In this document: one piece after another, positions 12,617-26,760 of the stretch | Numbering within the stretch: position 1 is the first letter of the stretch | Layout of the letters: the number at the start of each line of letters is the position of its first letter | NCBI GenBank assembly: GCA_002633005.1 | Contig: NMRA01000088.1 | Span: 430,186 to 494,185, forward strand | DNA from: Phoronis australis | Lineage: Eukaryota > Animalia > Phoronida | Direction of reading: 5' to 3' | Length of the DNA stretch: 64,000 nt | The notes under the pieces: model-generated | What the model was told of the DNA's origin: nothing | Seen by the model: only the letters and a program-made list of their open reading frames with translations | The model's database searches: none | Position numbers and translations under genes: made by a program

Positions 12617-15600
12617 GTAGGTTTGTCTTTATTTATTATTTCAAATAATATCAAATTTAAACGTCAACTGCCTCTGAACGTTTCATGTTTCAATGTAGCT
12701 TGTCCGGATATCCCTCCTCTTATTTGATTAGAGGTTTATTTATAATTCTTGCAACATTGAATTAATCACATATATTAAACTAGCATTTCCTTCAACGATG
12801 GAAAATATTCAATTAATATCTTACATTTTTGGTTATTTTTCCTCCGCATATAATATGTTTTTTTCACAAAGAAGAATCGAGGTCAGTGCCCTATCAATGG
12901 CGCCTTTTGAATACCAGTGGCGCAATCTTACGAAACTTTGTCTCCCTCTAGTCAAATCGTTTTTGTAAAGGCAGAGTTGCTTTTAATCAGAAATTATAAC
13001 AGTCAGCTAACGTTTATGGTTATTGTTTAATTATACAGGTGAGATAAGGCGTCACCCAACGACGATTTCAACTAAATAACTTTGATCTGAGACGCAATCA
13101 AAATGTGTCGCCATTATTGCCATGTGAAAGAATTCACTTCCGGTTAACAGAGGCCACTACTGAGCAGTAATTAAAACTACTCACAGTGCACTTAACGTTA
13201 TTAAATTTAAGCGTAATTAAGGAAAATTTAACACACGATCTTATTGTATTCAAGCTCTGTTTAGATGTGAATAGATTTTATTTTTGGTCAGAATTGCAGC
13301 ATTGGACGTCCATTTGATAAAATTTCGAAATTATGTAAACTGAATTAGTCACTTAGACTTTAGTCACAAGATGTTCCTCGGTAATGACAGAGGTAGCTGC
13401 GTAAGGGAAAAAGTGAAATTCTTTCGCTTGTAATACTTGAATATTGTGCTTAGCATTTGGTTAATACGTACATTGAATCACGTGTTATGGATTTAATCTT
13501 ATTTTTTTTATTAATAATTTGACTGAATGGAAACAATTATTAATTTATTTGAAATTAAATTTACAGTTGAAGTTCACCTGTTTTAGATATCTTGTCAGTT
13601 TTGGAAAATTTCTGTTGATCGTAGAAAAATATATTTTTGACAATGAAGTAACTCGAGTCATGTCTGGAGATCGTTTATCCGCACAATTTCTATGTTTTAA
13701 TTTCAGTTTCCTTTTCAAGAATTGGAAAATTCTTTACTACAGATTCAGTTTGGGCAACGCTTTCAATGTCCAGAAAGAAATAGTTGTCGGTTCTAAATTT
13801 ATGCAATGACGATATTCAGGCGTTTCCAAAATTGGGTTATCTGTAGACAGATAATACACATTAGACAAAAATCCCTTGATCGTGTTGTTTTCGAGTACAA
13901 AGCTGTTGGAAACAAGACCCGAAGTTAGAGCGATAATAGTCGAGATAGCCTTCACTACGTTGTAAATCTAACGGTCGTTCGATGGCCTGGTTTTCGATTT
14001 CCACCATCGTGGTTGTAGATTCATTCCTGTCGTTTCCGATTATTTGGTGTCCACAGTGCCTCATCAATTTACAAGCTCGTAGTCGTAGGTGTCATGGGTG
14101 GTGATAAATTTTCGATTTGTTTGCAAAACGAAGATAGAAACCACGAGCTGGATTCGTCTCCCAACTGTCAACGAGTTAGGCGAATGATGTAATTTTAGCT
14201 TTTTAAACAAGTAAAATAACAATTGGGAATAATCGAGTAGTTTGCCGAGAGTTATTTTACAACAAATATGCCCTCCAAATAACCCCTGTGGCGTTCTATA
14301 CAGTTTTCGGTTCACATCTATCCTTTTGTTTACCGAATACTTGTATTTTATTTAACTGCATAACTCATTTTTTGCTGTTAAGAATAGCCGTCAATACAAC
14401 TCGACAGAAGCGGTTATTTTTAATCATCTTGTGGCTGGTAAAAATCTACTTTAAGCCTATCGCTGGTTTTCGCTCGGTTCGAAAGTTCATGCATTGTAAA
14501 TAAACGTTATGATAAACATATTCACGCTACTTGGATTCAAATTGGCCGGTCTACAATGGGCTGAAGAGCCCAATCTATAGCAAGAGCTGGTCGATCTTTC
14601 TACCACAAATTACCCGCTAAGTGGATCAGACAATGTTCAGTTTTATGTGGCTACGAAAAGCTAACAAATTGAAACTTTATAATTCCAAAATGACCGGAAT
14701 TAAGACGATAAACTGTCAACTTAATTTACAAATCCCTTTCACGACTCCAGGGCTCAATAAATCAGTATCGGAGTCCTGCGTCGAAGGACGTGTTAAAAGA
14801 CTCTGGTATGTTTGAACGTAGTGACGTCGCGTGTATAGAGTTGTAAAGCGTCCATTGTTCTTGCGCTTGCTGGCGTACATAAATGACATACGCGAGCTGA
14901 CAGTTTTGGACACTTTGAAAACGCTTCATGTTAAAAACTTACTCAGACACGGCAAACGTCGACTGGCTACAAAGTCGTGGACAGATGACAGGCGAAACGT
15001 GATCGTGTACAAAGACACTGGAGGGCCTTCTATAACCATACAAATTGGACTTGACTTTTGACCTTTTTGTAAGGCATTTTTACAGGCGAAAAGGTCATTT
15101 GGTGCAATTGCATTATTCATGTATGAACGATACTGATGTGAAGTTGAAATTATATTTTAAGGAATGACAAAATTCCAGCACAGTAGTGCAGAAAACTAAA
15201 ATCTTTAAAAAATCGGGAAATTCCATTGCCTGAAAACATATTCATTTGACCGAATTTTCGTTTTTACTTTTGCACCATGTCCAAAATAACCCCCTCTTGT
15301 AGTAGTTCACATTAAAGATGTCGGCGGATCATGATACAACTTTTGTAAAGGCTCGAAGTAATTTCCCACATTTGAGAACAATTTGTCTTTTTCTTAGAAG
15401 TTTTATTCGTTGGACTGTTACGTCCACGTTACTCTAACCAATAACCACTACTGCTAGGTTGCCTCTGAATCCTATAATTTTACCATTACCTTTCATATCT
15501 TTGTGAATTTGAAATTAGCGAATAGTTATTTTAAATTCTGCTAGTTATGTCACCGCATGCACTATGAACTCTGCTTGGTTCTGAGAAAATGAAGTCAAAG

Positions 15601-18600
15601 TAAACGAAATGATTTTAATTCATTTTGAAACAGGCGTTATGATTAAATATTTGAAAGTTTGCTGAATGAGATATTTATCACTGTTGTTTCTTTTTGCACC
15701 TGAAGATTTTTGTTTCATTCAATCGATACATCTTTTTAAGTATAGAAAATTTTTGCACGTGTAAATATTTTGGTTCGCTCGAGTCAGATAGGTTACTTTT
15801 TATTGATTTTTAGCACAATGTATATGCACGTATAAATCTTTAACCATCATTTATGAATGAATTAACTCTCGCGTACTAGGAAAATAGTTTAGAGAGTTGT
15901 ACACGAGTTTCAATAGAGGTTTGTTTGATTCATCAGTGTTCAGTGACCTCTGTTTATGCAAGGTTAAATACATTAACATGCTCTTATATAGGTCATATTT
16001 TTGACACATATACTTATAAGCTATTATGGGCAGAGGAAACCGCTTCTGTTCATTTTCATAGTATGATAAACCCCACCAATTTCGCACAAATTCATTGTCG
16101 AAATTTCCCTTTTTCAATTTTCGAAGGCATCTACCACTGTTGTGAATGTTCGTAATTTTTCAAAATATTGTCAGAATTTGAACGTGGAAAAGCATTAATT
16201 TGGTGCTTGATGTCCTTTGTGACAAATAAGAAAACAAATCCGGGTGTCCTAAATTGGTGACATATTACCGTAATTATTTTATTTCTGAGAAGTTAGAATT
16301 CATAAAATTATTTGTTGATGTAAAAATTTGTTGTATTCCCTGATAATTGTTATCTTGGATCTCTGGTTAACATAAATAGGTAAATGCTCTCTGGTACAGG
16401 TATGAACAAACAAGAGTAAACAAATGATTCACTTGGCCGTGAATTTCAAGAGCAGGAAATTTGAAGGTTTAGTGGGACTGAGTTTTAGAATTTTTATTTT
16501 CAAATTTTGTTAATACAATATTTTGTGCAAATTATCAACCATTTTTCACGAGTGAGACGAATGACCTATTGTGTGAAATATCAAAGAATTAAACGTAAAA
16601 TTGAACACTGGTATAAAGATAAAATTTGAAAATTAAGTAGAAATCAAAACAATTCGTATCAACAAAAATGTATTTAATTGGTTTTCGTTTACGGTTCATG
16701 AAACGCTGATAATTCCAGATAACAAAATTTATATATTCTGTTTTGTTATTAGCTTGGAAAAACATAGCTCCTGAAAAAATCCATGTAATTGTCATAATAG
16801 AGACAGTCTGCATATATATCAATTATCAAATCCTAATACTTGTATTGTCCAAATTATTGCTTTGTTTCAGGAACTAATTACTGTGAAATGACAGGCATTA
16901 TGGCACGCGAAAATTGATACAAAATTGAGTGGTGACGTTGGCAATTTTATTAAATGTGTCATTTATGCCAAGCTCTATGAAGCTAATGAATTTTTCAAAT
17001 AATTTTCATATTTATTTTACGGTGAGAGATTTCACTTTCAAGCTCACAATTCTGCCTAGAGATACCATTACAAACAACCAAGAAATGCCGGTTTATATTT
17101 CACATGCAGTATTTTTATCGCGGTTTTTCTATTTTAGGATATAGTTATTTGTTAAATTTACAGCGCCCTCTACCAAATGTTCTTCTGGGACAGTGCAGAT
17201 GCAATTGCCACATCTTGCTGAAACAAAGCTAATTTATTGACATTTGAATCGATATCTAAAAATCGTAATGTTTATCAGCAGAAAATTCACTTGCTCGGCG
17301 AAAATAAACCGTCGTGTTCATTTTGTGAAGTGGTCAGCTTCGAACGGTAGTTCAACCTGGGCTTCAGAAAATAATGTAGGTGGGCTGATATAACAATGAA
17401 GCCAGCGGATATTAACATTGAAACAGAGTGATGAAATTTTGATGTGGGTTGTTGTAAAATTAGAGGCGATCGGTATAACTTTGACTTCGCATTGGCACGA
17501 AGTGATAATATATTTGTGTGGTTTGGTATAACATTGATACTGATTGGTACAACATGTACATGGTACAATATAACACTGTTATCGGGGTTTACATCGTAGC
17601 AACAAATTTATGAAACTGTTTCAGTTTATTTAGAGGTCCATGCTATTGGCATGGATTGACATTGCAGTGATATAACGGGCCACCTGAGAGAAAGGGTAAA
17701 TTTCTTTAGAATTTGACTTTTTAAAATTTATCACTTGGATAAAATGTAAACGCACATGGTGGAGCTCAGTCCCTGTGATTCAAATTTACGATCTCAACCT
17801 ACACAGCAATTGCAGAGGTTATTCCTGCGCTTTGCCAGAATTTTCACATCTATTCTTGCATGCAATAAATGATGGGTCTCTTATTTAGGCTATTTACAAG
17901 CAGAGCGAGGGTGTGTCACATCAAACTCGCTCTCCTAACGTCCGACTTCACCTCAACCTCTTGGTAAAAAGGGTTTGGAACAGATCTGGGCCCTGCTTGT
18001 GACTTTAACGATTTTTGGTTTGATGGTCCCATTTCACAATTGCTGAAAAAGATTTAGCTAGGCAATTATGAGCGCACCACAGTTTAAAAATAATTCATAG
18101 AACCTATCACAGTAACTAGCAATAATTTTGTGTATATTCTCAAAAACTTTGCAGTTGAGCTCTGAACCTCTAATTATTTTTCAGAAATATTTGTGTTTAG
18201 CATAAGACCGAATATTTAACTTAAGTCGAATTTCATGAAAAAGACCCTTGGCCAAAAACATGCCTCCAATACAACACGCTTTGTCGGTCCCCACTCGATT
18301 TCCTGATTTCGACAATTACCACGGTGTGTCAGGTATTTTAGAGTGAAAGATAAAATGTGCTTATTCTATAAATTTGCCAGGGCTTTAAATTATGATTATG
18401 TAACTGAACTTAGTAAAGAATCGCTGTTACTATTTTGAAATGCCTCCACAGGAACCGGAAATGCAGTGGCTGAGCGCTCAGGCGCCATTACCTAGATCTA
18501 CCTACTGTATCAACGTATCAAACCCATCAAAACAAAGCAGTTCCCGTGTAATCCGTGAACTACTCTGCCGCTCCTTTTCAAAACCCATCAATACGGTTAA

Positions 18601-20722
18601 AGGAACGCACCAGCTGAAGTAGCTCAGAAATGAGGTTAATCCATCTCTCCCTGTCAAGAAACTGATGCGCCGACAAACACGAGAAGTTACTAAATACAAA
18701 CACACAAATGAGCCCCTACGCAAACATTTTTGTCTAAGCTATCTTAGAGGAAAGGATCGGTCGATACACGAGTTGTGTTTTATTTGGGGATTTTTCGTTA
18801 CATCCCGCGGGGTCTAGACGGGGTGAACGGGCACTAAGCTACAGTGCAAATGTGTCCAGTCAAGTCAAAATTAGATTATCACGTCACTATCACCAACGAA
18901 GAAATTTTGTGTATATTTATTCTGGTTGGGGTATCTTTTATTCAGGAGGCAATAGCAAAAACGTTCAAAAACTTTCGCCCTTCGGTGAGTCATCTTACGG
19001 TAATTACGAATAATGGCTACAATACACTAAGGACAAAAAGAGCTATTTCTTTTGTTTTGTCTTTTGCCATGTGTCTGAACACTACCCCTATTCCCGTATG
19101 CACCTACATTGTGTCTAATTATGCTTCAAACTGTGTATTAACATGCTGATGCAGGAATTGCTTGAAGATCAAAACAGATTTTAGGTAATAATCACTTATT
19201 GGGGTCCCGCATTTTTGGAACTTGTTTTGTCCGCTGAATTACAGTAATTATTCCGTTTCTGGTTTACAACTGCCAAAATTAAAGAGATTCCTTAAATACC
19301 ATTTCTGTATTTTCTTTACTTGAATGTATAAAAACTCCGCTGTTATCCTGAGCGTGTTAACATGTGTTTCTTGATTTTGTCAAAACGTAAGTAAAACCTC
19401 AAAGCGGTGTACTGCGCATGCGCGTTTCCGAAGCTCGTCACAGACTACAGTGAATTTCAGTTCTTCTCTTCCCTCTTTGGCTTTGATAGTTTTACACAAG
19501 ATTGCCTTAGCAAGCCAGCAAATACTCACTGTTGCTTTTTTGCCTCTGAGCACGGTACAATTTTCCACGAGGACAAGTGTAGCACTGAAGGGACGGATTC
19601 AGGATCAAGACCTCAGAGGTGTCTAGTGATGGACAGACATCGGAGGGGGAGAAGCGGCACTTTATATTCACCCTCTGCAGCAATACAGCAGAGACCCCAT
19701 TGTATACTCGCCTGGTCACAATAGAGGTATTTGGCAAGTGTCCATTCACTGGTGTAAATGCTATTTCAATCCAATAGCATAAGCCACATCGTGTCGTGCG
19801 AATGAAGTAAAATTTAAAGTGAAATTATGTCTCGAGTTATCTCGGCGCTCACCTTAGGTATTAGTCGTGTTTTAACTTTAATTAATATAAACAGACACGC
19901 GCGTTTTCTTGCCATTCACATAAGAAAAACTTACCTGCCCGGTGTGAAAACACCTTTGCGCACATCGTTGTTTTCTGGGCTACAAAATCCTTTTTCACTC
20001 CACATCTGACAACTCTTTTTCAAGTTCTCTTGAGCATGTTTATTTTATTTCCATACCTTATTGAAAACAATCCGGACGAGAGTACTGAAACGAGTCGTCG
20101 TTAAGACAACAATTCTCTTTACCCCTGCTTGAGAGGAAATACTAGTAGCACGGACACCGAAATAGTCCAAAATCTTATCACTTTACGCCTGGGTAAATGT
20201 AGGGTCTTAATTCATTGGCGAAAACCAATAGCTTCTTCGAGGTTGCCGGAATTCTTAGTGCGCGCATACATATGTACATGTATGCGTATACTGATTTTAT
20301 TTTCTTCGCAAAGTTACATTAATGAGTAATCCTCGGCTTGTTTGACATTACACGAATTAGGTCTGGGGTTGGTGGAGGCTTCTCGCGTGCCCCCCACTGC
20401 TCTCAGATGGCTACACCAACCACAATGTTAAATCAAGGCGCGGATTTAATGTCTTGGGACACATACTTAGGATATCAGTTTTCTTCTTGGCATAATCTAA
20501 TTGGTCGCTCCGTGCACTGAGAAATGCACACATTTTTGCAGGGTAGTCGGTTGTGCGATAGTTTTGACAACGTGTTTCTGAAGAATTAATATGCAATTGG
20601 TGTACAGACTGTGTCGATCTGACGACGGAGAAAGTCAGATCCGACCAACAGTTATTACTACAACCGTAATCTTGAACGAATTTTCATGATACTCTCTCAA
20701 AGACGGTTCGATTTCGGCAAAG

Positions 20723-21362
20723 GGGAGTTTTGACTTTTGCCATGACCAATATTATTGTGGCATGAGATGGAAACGACCATCATTGATTCCAGGCTGGATA
20801 CGTGTACAGAGAAGCATTGCCTAACGGTAGATCACGTTGCAGGCGGGAACACCCTCTTTGGGCGACCGTTCAAATGGTACCCCTCAACCTGTCACTCGTT
20901 GAACTGACATAAACATGACAAGCGGACGACATTTGAGCCGATCGCTTCAACCCACTTCAGCCCTGCACGGGAATCTCATCCGAGTCAAATAGAACCCGTC
21001 TTTGTTACATTTGATTAGACCTAATTTGGCCAGATGATAGCNGGGAGTTTTGACTTTTGCCATGACCAATATTATTGTGGCATGAGATGGAAAACGACCA
21101 TCATTGATTCCAGGCTGGATACGTATACAGAGAAGCATTGCCTAACGGTAGATCACGTTGCAGGCGGGAACACCCTCTTTGGGCGACCGTTCAAATGGTA
21201 CCCCTCAACCTGTCACTCGTTGAACTGACATAAACATGACAAGCGGACGACATTTGAGCCGATCGCTTCAACCCACTTCAGCCCTGCACGGGAATCTCAT
21301 CCGAGTCAAATAGAACCCGTCTTTGTTACATTTGATTAGACCTAATTTGGCCAGATGATAGC
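20723..21362. repeat. ~320-bp near-identical duplication across a single N (20723-21041 vs 21043-21362), probably an assembly overlap
   Basis: Two differences seen (ggaaac/ggaaaac, cgtgta/cgtata). Junction N at 21042. Confidence 0.9.
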
Positions 21363-22906
21363 ACCCAATAATACCGTCAACTGTTGTCTGCCGGAGCGTT
21401 TACCATCGGCTTGACTCGACTGGCTAGACCCTTCACGTTTCATTCACCGAGATTTCGTTGATGGCCGCGTAACAGCTAATGGGGCGGAATTGGATGTTAG
21501 GGAGAAGGTGATCTAGTGGGTAATATGGCACGCATATTTGTTGAACTAAAAATCAAAAGCGTTGCTGCGGTAGCCGTGAAATAACCGGTGTCTTTAGCAC
21601 AGGGTGGGAAGTACATAAGGGCTATGAATATAGAAAGAGGATACGGAAGCGAATCTAACGCAGAGTGGTTATTGTTGCGCAAATAAGAAAGTTTAACATG
21701 AATTGCTAAGCCACCTAAATTGCTTGTAAATCGCATAATTAACAATTATAGAAATAAGAATTGAGAGGCGTGTTAAAACTCCCATCGTTTTTGACCTGTC
21801 GTTGTAATGGGAATCTTCAGGATGAGAGCGTATGCCAGCGCTACCTTGGCCGCTCAGGAACTCGACTATCTACTGTGACTACATCGGCTACTCGTGGTCA
21901 TTATCGAAACATTGTGTGTTGCCGTAGCAAAGGTTACATGGTGCAGTTATGTTCCAATGAAATTTACATGTGTAACGAGGGTTGGTTTGTTTGTTAAGGC
22001 TTGTCCGTGGAATTAGTAACAAGTCCTACACAAATCTAATAACATAGGATCTCTGCCGACGATTGGAACATCTTATTCAAGACTCCTGGAACTCCGGCAG
22101 CGAGCCGAATTCTGGAATCCGCGGTTCTCCGTCATTCACGAGCTAGTGTATTTTTAGACGTTTGGCTTCTCCTTGTTGATTTTTAAGACTTATTTGTTTA
22201 TAGATGATAAGTAGACCTGCGTTTTGGTGGTAGGTGTTATTCGCGGGTTGTTTTTAGGGGGAGCTGCACATGCGCGGTTAGGCGAAAATAAAAAGACGAA
22301 TTCCTGCAAAAAAAGGAATGAATGGACCGGACGAAGACGTCATCATCTGGGTGAGAACAATTTTATTGAAAAATGTCTTGTCTAACGGCAAACTTAATGT
22401 GTGCCATGCGGAGTCGTTGCTTCTTTCTTTAAGCAATGGCTTGCTTCAAATTAAATCACCTCAACTATAAAATGATTTGGGAACAGATTTACATCTAATT
22501 GTGTAGGTTAATATTTCTTTTATATCGCATGAAATGAAATCGTTTAGACAGCTTAAGCCTGTTAGCTCTTTTGACACGACCAGTGTCTATCGTTGTGACA
22601 AGCGTTCATTTTTCCGATGAACTGGTCGAGATTATCGAGTTTGCATGGTTTTTTAACTTCTATCGGACGCTTAATAGAGTTAGCCTAATCACATTGCGGC
22701 CTTTTTAACCTCAGAGCCGTAATCACTGTTTATCGCGCTAATACGACCATGTCAGAGTTCATCTCTACTCACTTAACCGCAATTTAATCCAAATGGAAAA
22801 ATTCAAAGGAACTGAAGACACTGTCGCCTCCTGACGGCGAGGTTGACATCACCTTTTCTCTACCACCATCACCACCACCGTCATTATTACCGTCGCCGCT
22901 GTCTTA

Positions 22907-23091
22907 AACCTTATACATACTCTGATTTTTCGACGTTGCACAAGACTAATCGAAGCGTGTAGACAGGTGTTCCGACACGGCTTTTCGAGTCAAAACTCGT
23001 ATACGAAATCGGACAAACAGAGTGTGTACTCAGTAGCCCATGAGTCGTATACGATGTCGCATACTAAAAATCGGAGTGTGTAAACGGGACT
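22907..23091. mobile_element. MITE-like element with TTA flanks (PIF/Harbinger-like)
   Basis: CCTTATACATACTCTGATTTTT matches reverse complement CCGTTTACACACTCCGATTTTT. TTA lies on both sides (22904-22906, 23092-23094). Confidence 0.7.
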
Positions 23092-23094
23092 TTA

Positions 23095-23385
23095 GTCATC
23101 TTCGTCGTCACCCTGATTTTCAACATCATTAGCATTGTGCCACCACCATCACACCACCATCGTCTTTGTGTCATCGTTGTCGTCGTCATGATCATCATAA
23201 TCACCATATCGTGGTCATCACAACCATCGTCATTGCCAATCCTGACGTCATCATCATCATCATCATCGTCATTGTCGTTATCGTCATCATCATCATCATC
23301 GTCGTCGTCATCATCATCATCATCATTATCATCATCATCATTATCATCACCATCATACTCGTCATCACCACCATCACCACCACGC
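23095..23385. repeat. (CAT)n-type degenerate microsatellite
   Basis: CAT/CGT/CAC triplet tract. A smaller related tract lies at ~22847-22900. Confidence 0.95.
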
Positions 23386-24554
23386 AAGAGCTCATGATCG
23401 TTGTCTTACAAAGACAACTACTAAAGAGGGCACTGCTTCAAAGGCTTGCTTACAGAGGAACAATGGTTCCGCTTCCTGTGCAGCCACGTGGTTGATGCAC
23501 TCAAAAGTTGGTGGAAATAGGTCAAACGAGGTCGTTTTATTTTGCACGAGTGAGTGATTTGGTAAACAAGACTCGTACAATGAGCAACCAGAAGTGTTGT
23601 TTAACACTTAACTGAATGAATCAATTTCCGCCTTTCATGTTGCAGTGTGTGTTCGATCTTATGTTGGATGGAATACACAAATGTACGCAGTAATCAATTA
23701 GCAGTGTATTTGGTAGTACAGCAGCATGCTAATCATAGCTGGCTCTGAAACGTGGTCCCCATAACCGCGGTCTTAAGTTGTAAACTTCTCTTTTGCTGAG
23801 AACCGAACTTTGCACATGTTAGGCATAGTTGGTACGTCGTTTTTGAGCCAGACGAAGAATCCTATGACAACAAAACTCGCAAATAATCTACTCTCTCTGT
23901 GAGGATCATTTCGGAGGTCAGTAACCTCACATAAGCGCGTTTAATGAAATTCATGTGTCTCGTTTTCAAAGTAAAGGTGGAAGGCGGCAACAAGGAGATT
24001 TTGCTGTTTCAGAATCATTAATATGTACATACAGTTATCTTTCACTTGTTAATTGATAATCGCACTCCTATTTGGATTTAAAACCAAATCGACATACGGT
24101 GAACAAGTTACGTAGACTTGTAAACAACGCTTTCAAATTTACTTGATTATTAAAAAACGTTAAGTTGGTTTAAGAATCATGGCTCCTTGAAAATTTCTCG
24201 AAGTTACAATGAAAATGTATTAATTTTAACTATCGTGACTTCAGGTTCATCCTCATTTCTCCAGTTGTGGCAAATGAGCTCCCATTTGATCAACAAGAAA
24301 ACGGGTCGCTTATCACGAAACATGAATAATGTGGAGATGATTACCAGTGCTCCCGTACAAAGGCGAGTGTCCCTCCATTGTATGCTCGGCTGTGATCAAC
24401 ACAATTGAGAAATAACCTGCAAATGTCAAGGGGAATCATTGTTAACACGATTGACTCTATGAGATATGGGCTTAAGCCACTACCCTTTGTTCTTTTTGTT
24501 TGGGACTTCCTGTTGCCACACTTTCATGTCGCCGAATATCTAGCCGTAGACGCA

Positions 24555-25215
24555 AAAATCTCGCGAATAAAAGTGTGGCCACGTGCTTCACTTGCAATCG
24601 ACGTGGCGACATCTCGTGAAGTTATGCGTCTTCGCGAGGTTCTTGTACGCCTAGAGAACGTTCCGTGGATCTAGTTTCTTGCGAACAAGGAAATATCTCA
24701 CAAGAACTCGCAAACCCACGCGAGTGAAAAGTGAGTAATTCGCGAACATGTTCGGAAACTGAAGCCTATAATCCTAGCAAAACAGCAGGCTCTGACGAGA
24801 TGGACGGCGACCTTGGATTGTTGAAGTGTGGGAGTGAATTTACTGTTTCCCTTCCAAAACTAAAAATTTTGCCGCAAGTGCATGTTAATGTCTTGCGGTC
24901 TACGGAACATAGCCCTGGTGTTAGCTGTCAAGAGGATGCATTATGTTAATGTTTGATTCACTTAGCCATTTTGCAACCTTTTACTGTGACAGTTGAATTG
25001 TGTGAAATGTCGTGTTCCCCACTCGTTAGCTACCACATTGGTAAAAATGGAAGCAATTGTCCAGGGGCGCGCTCTATAAACCTAAGACACTCGCGAGTAA
25101 AGTTATGTGATCACGTGCTTTGTTTGCAATACATGGCGACATCTCGCGAAGACTTGCGTGAACGGGCTTTTTTCGCAAGAAACTTGCTCTATAGTACTAC
25201 GGAACACAGCCCATT
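24555..25215. repeat. Cluster of diverged, rearranged repeat fragments rich in TCGCGA
   Basis: 24560-24630 resembles 25090-25160 (CTCGCGA..CACGTGCTT..TTGCAAT..TGGCGACATCTCG). CTACGGAACA.AGCCC occurs at ~24900 and ~25197, with an inverted partial copy at 24660-24686. Confidence 0.6.
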
Positions 25216-25414
25216 TCGTATATGCAACTCTGACTAAGCTCATATTGTCGCCAACGGAATCGTCATGCAGCTACATGTATTCTTTATCGGAGATCCATAA
25301 CGACGTGCTTGGCAACCAAATCAAATTCATTCTTTAAGCTGTGTTCCTTTCTAAAAAAAAAGAAAAACAAAACAAAAAGGAAGATGATAAAAATGGACTA
25401 ATAAGAAATGTTTG

Positions 25415-25439
25415 TATATATATATATATATATATATAT
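25415..25439. repeat. (TA)n microsatellite
   Basis: About 12 TA units. Confidence 0.95.
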
Positions 25440-26678
25440 CAAGCTGGTCAGAGTTTAAGCAACCGTCTAGATTTCTTTAGCTATGTGGCTCGTTCATGGA
25501 GGTATAGAATCCGCTTGGAGTTATATGATGACGGTTATTTTTATGTAACTTGAAGACGGAAAGGTTGCAGCCAGTGGTTGGGCTTCATTGATAGAGGGCT
25601 GAGTGAAGCGAAATAAAATGCAATGCAAATAAGATAAACCTAATCATAAACTTTGTAACTTGTGGCTATTTCATTCGGAAAAAATGTTTATTTATTTATC
25701 TATTATGCCACGAGGTTTCGATTTATTTAGTTATTTAGTTGCAAAGAAAAAATGGTCAATCGCATCTGTAAATACAGATTTCAAACAATGAAAATCATCG
25801 CGTATAGTTGACCTTAATCTCAACACTTGAATTTAAGGAAAAAGTAAAGATCATGACGTTTTTATACAACGAGAGTATTTTTATTAATTCCTAAAGAGTG
25901 TTGAGAATTATGCCTAACCTGGAATTCAAATATACTTCACCTCGTCAATGGAACAGCTTCTCAATTTTAAAGCGTTTACAAAAACAAAACCTAAGTCTCT
26001 TATGACGGTAGACCTATATAATATATTTTCCTGCAAATTTCCTTGCATGCAGCAAGCATTATTTGAGAAGTACGAATTTTGTTGTGCTACTACAATTCTC
26101 TACGTTGCCTGGAGTTTTTCATGTGCATACAAAAGGGTTAACGCTTATTAACTAATTATTAATTGCTAATCAAGTACTTGAAAGACCTCATCGTTTTATC
26201 CCTCAGCATATGTCTTGCAACTTTGGAGTTTTCTTCACGGAACGTAAATTTAGTAGTAATTAGATGTCTTATACCTGAGAATGTCTGGAACTAAGCAAAA
26301 TTGTCTTTTGTGGTCACCCGTGGCGTCTGGGCGTGCGCGCGTGCTCCATGTTCTTACTTTGATATTAAAGGTGAGATTATTAATATACCGTGAAATGATC
26401 TGTTATAATATCTGTTAAATTAAACACACTGTCGTAAGCAATTATCTAATCCTCGCGATGCTGCACGCGTGGAAAGTGCTGAGTGGACCCTTAGCTTTTC
26501 TTGATGAATGAATGCGCACGCGTTCGCACGCTTTAGTTTTGTTTAGCTATCGGCGAGTGTTGTTTTCGTTACGTAATCCAGGCATATTAGGAAGACGACG
26601 GATTTGCCATTAGAATATTAATAATGAAATAATTAAGGATTTCATCTTTTAGCAGATTTAGGGATGATCTTCCCACTC

Positions 26679-26760
26679 ATTCTTATCAAAAAGAGTCTGA
26701 GAAATATTCGACTTGAGAACGGGAATATTTCACGTTGCATTTACTCTCATTTGATGAATG
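26679..26760. repeat. Imperfect palindrome
   Basis: CATTCTTATCAAAAAGAGT pairs with ACTCTCATTTGATGAATG, with inner GAAATATTC/GAATATTTC. Confidence 0.5.

Noticed and set aside
13737-14315. Overlapping minus-strand ORFs suggesting a nested gene or transposon remnant
   Set aside because: Short, in different frames, with no recognisable domain.
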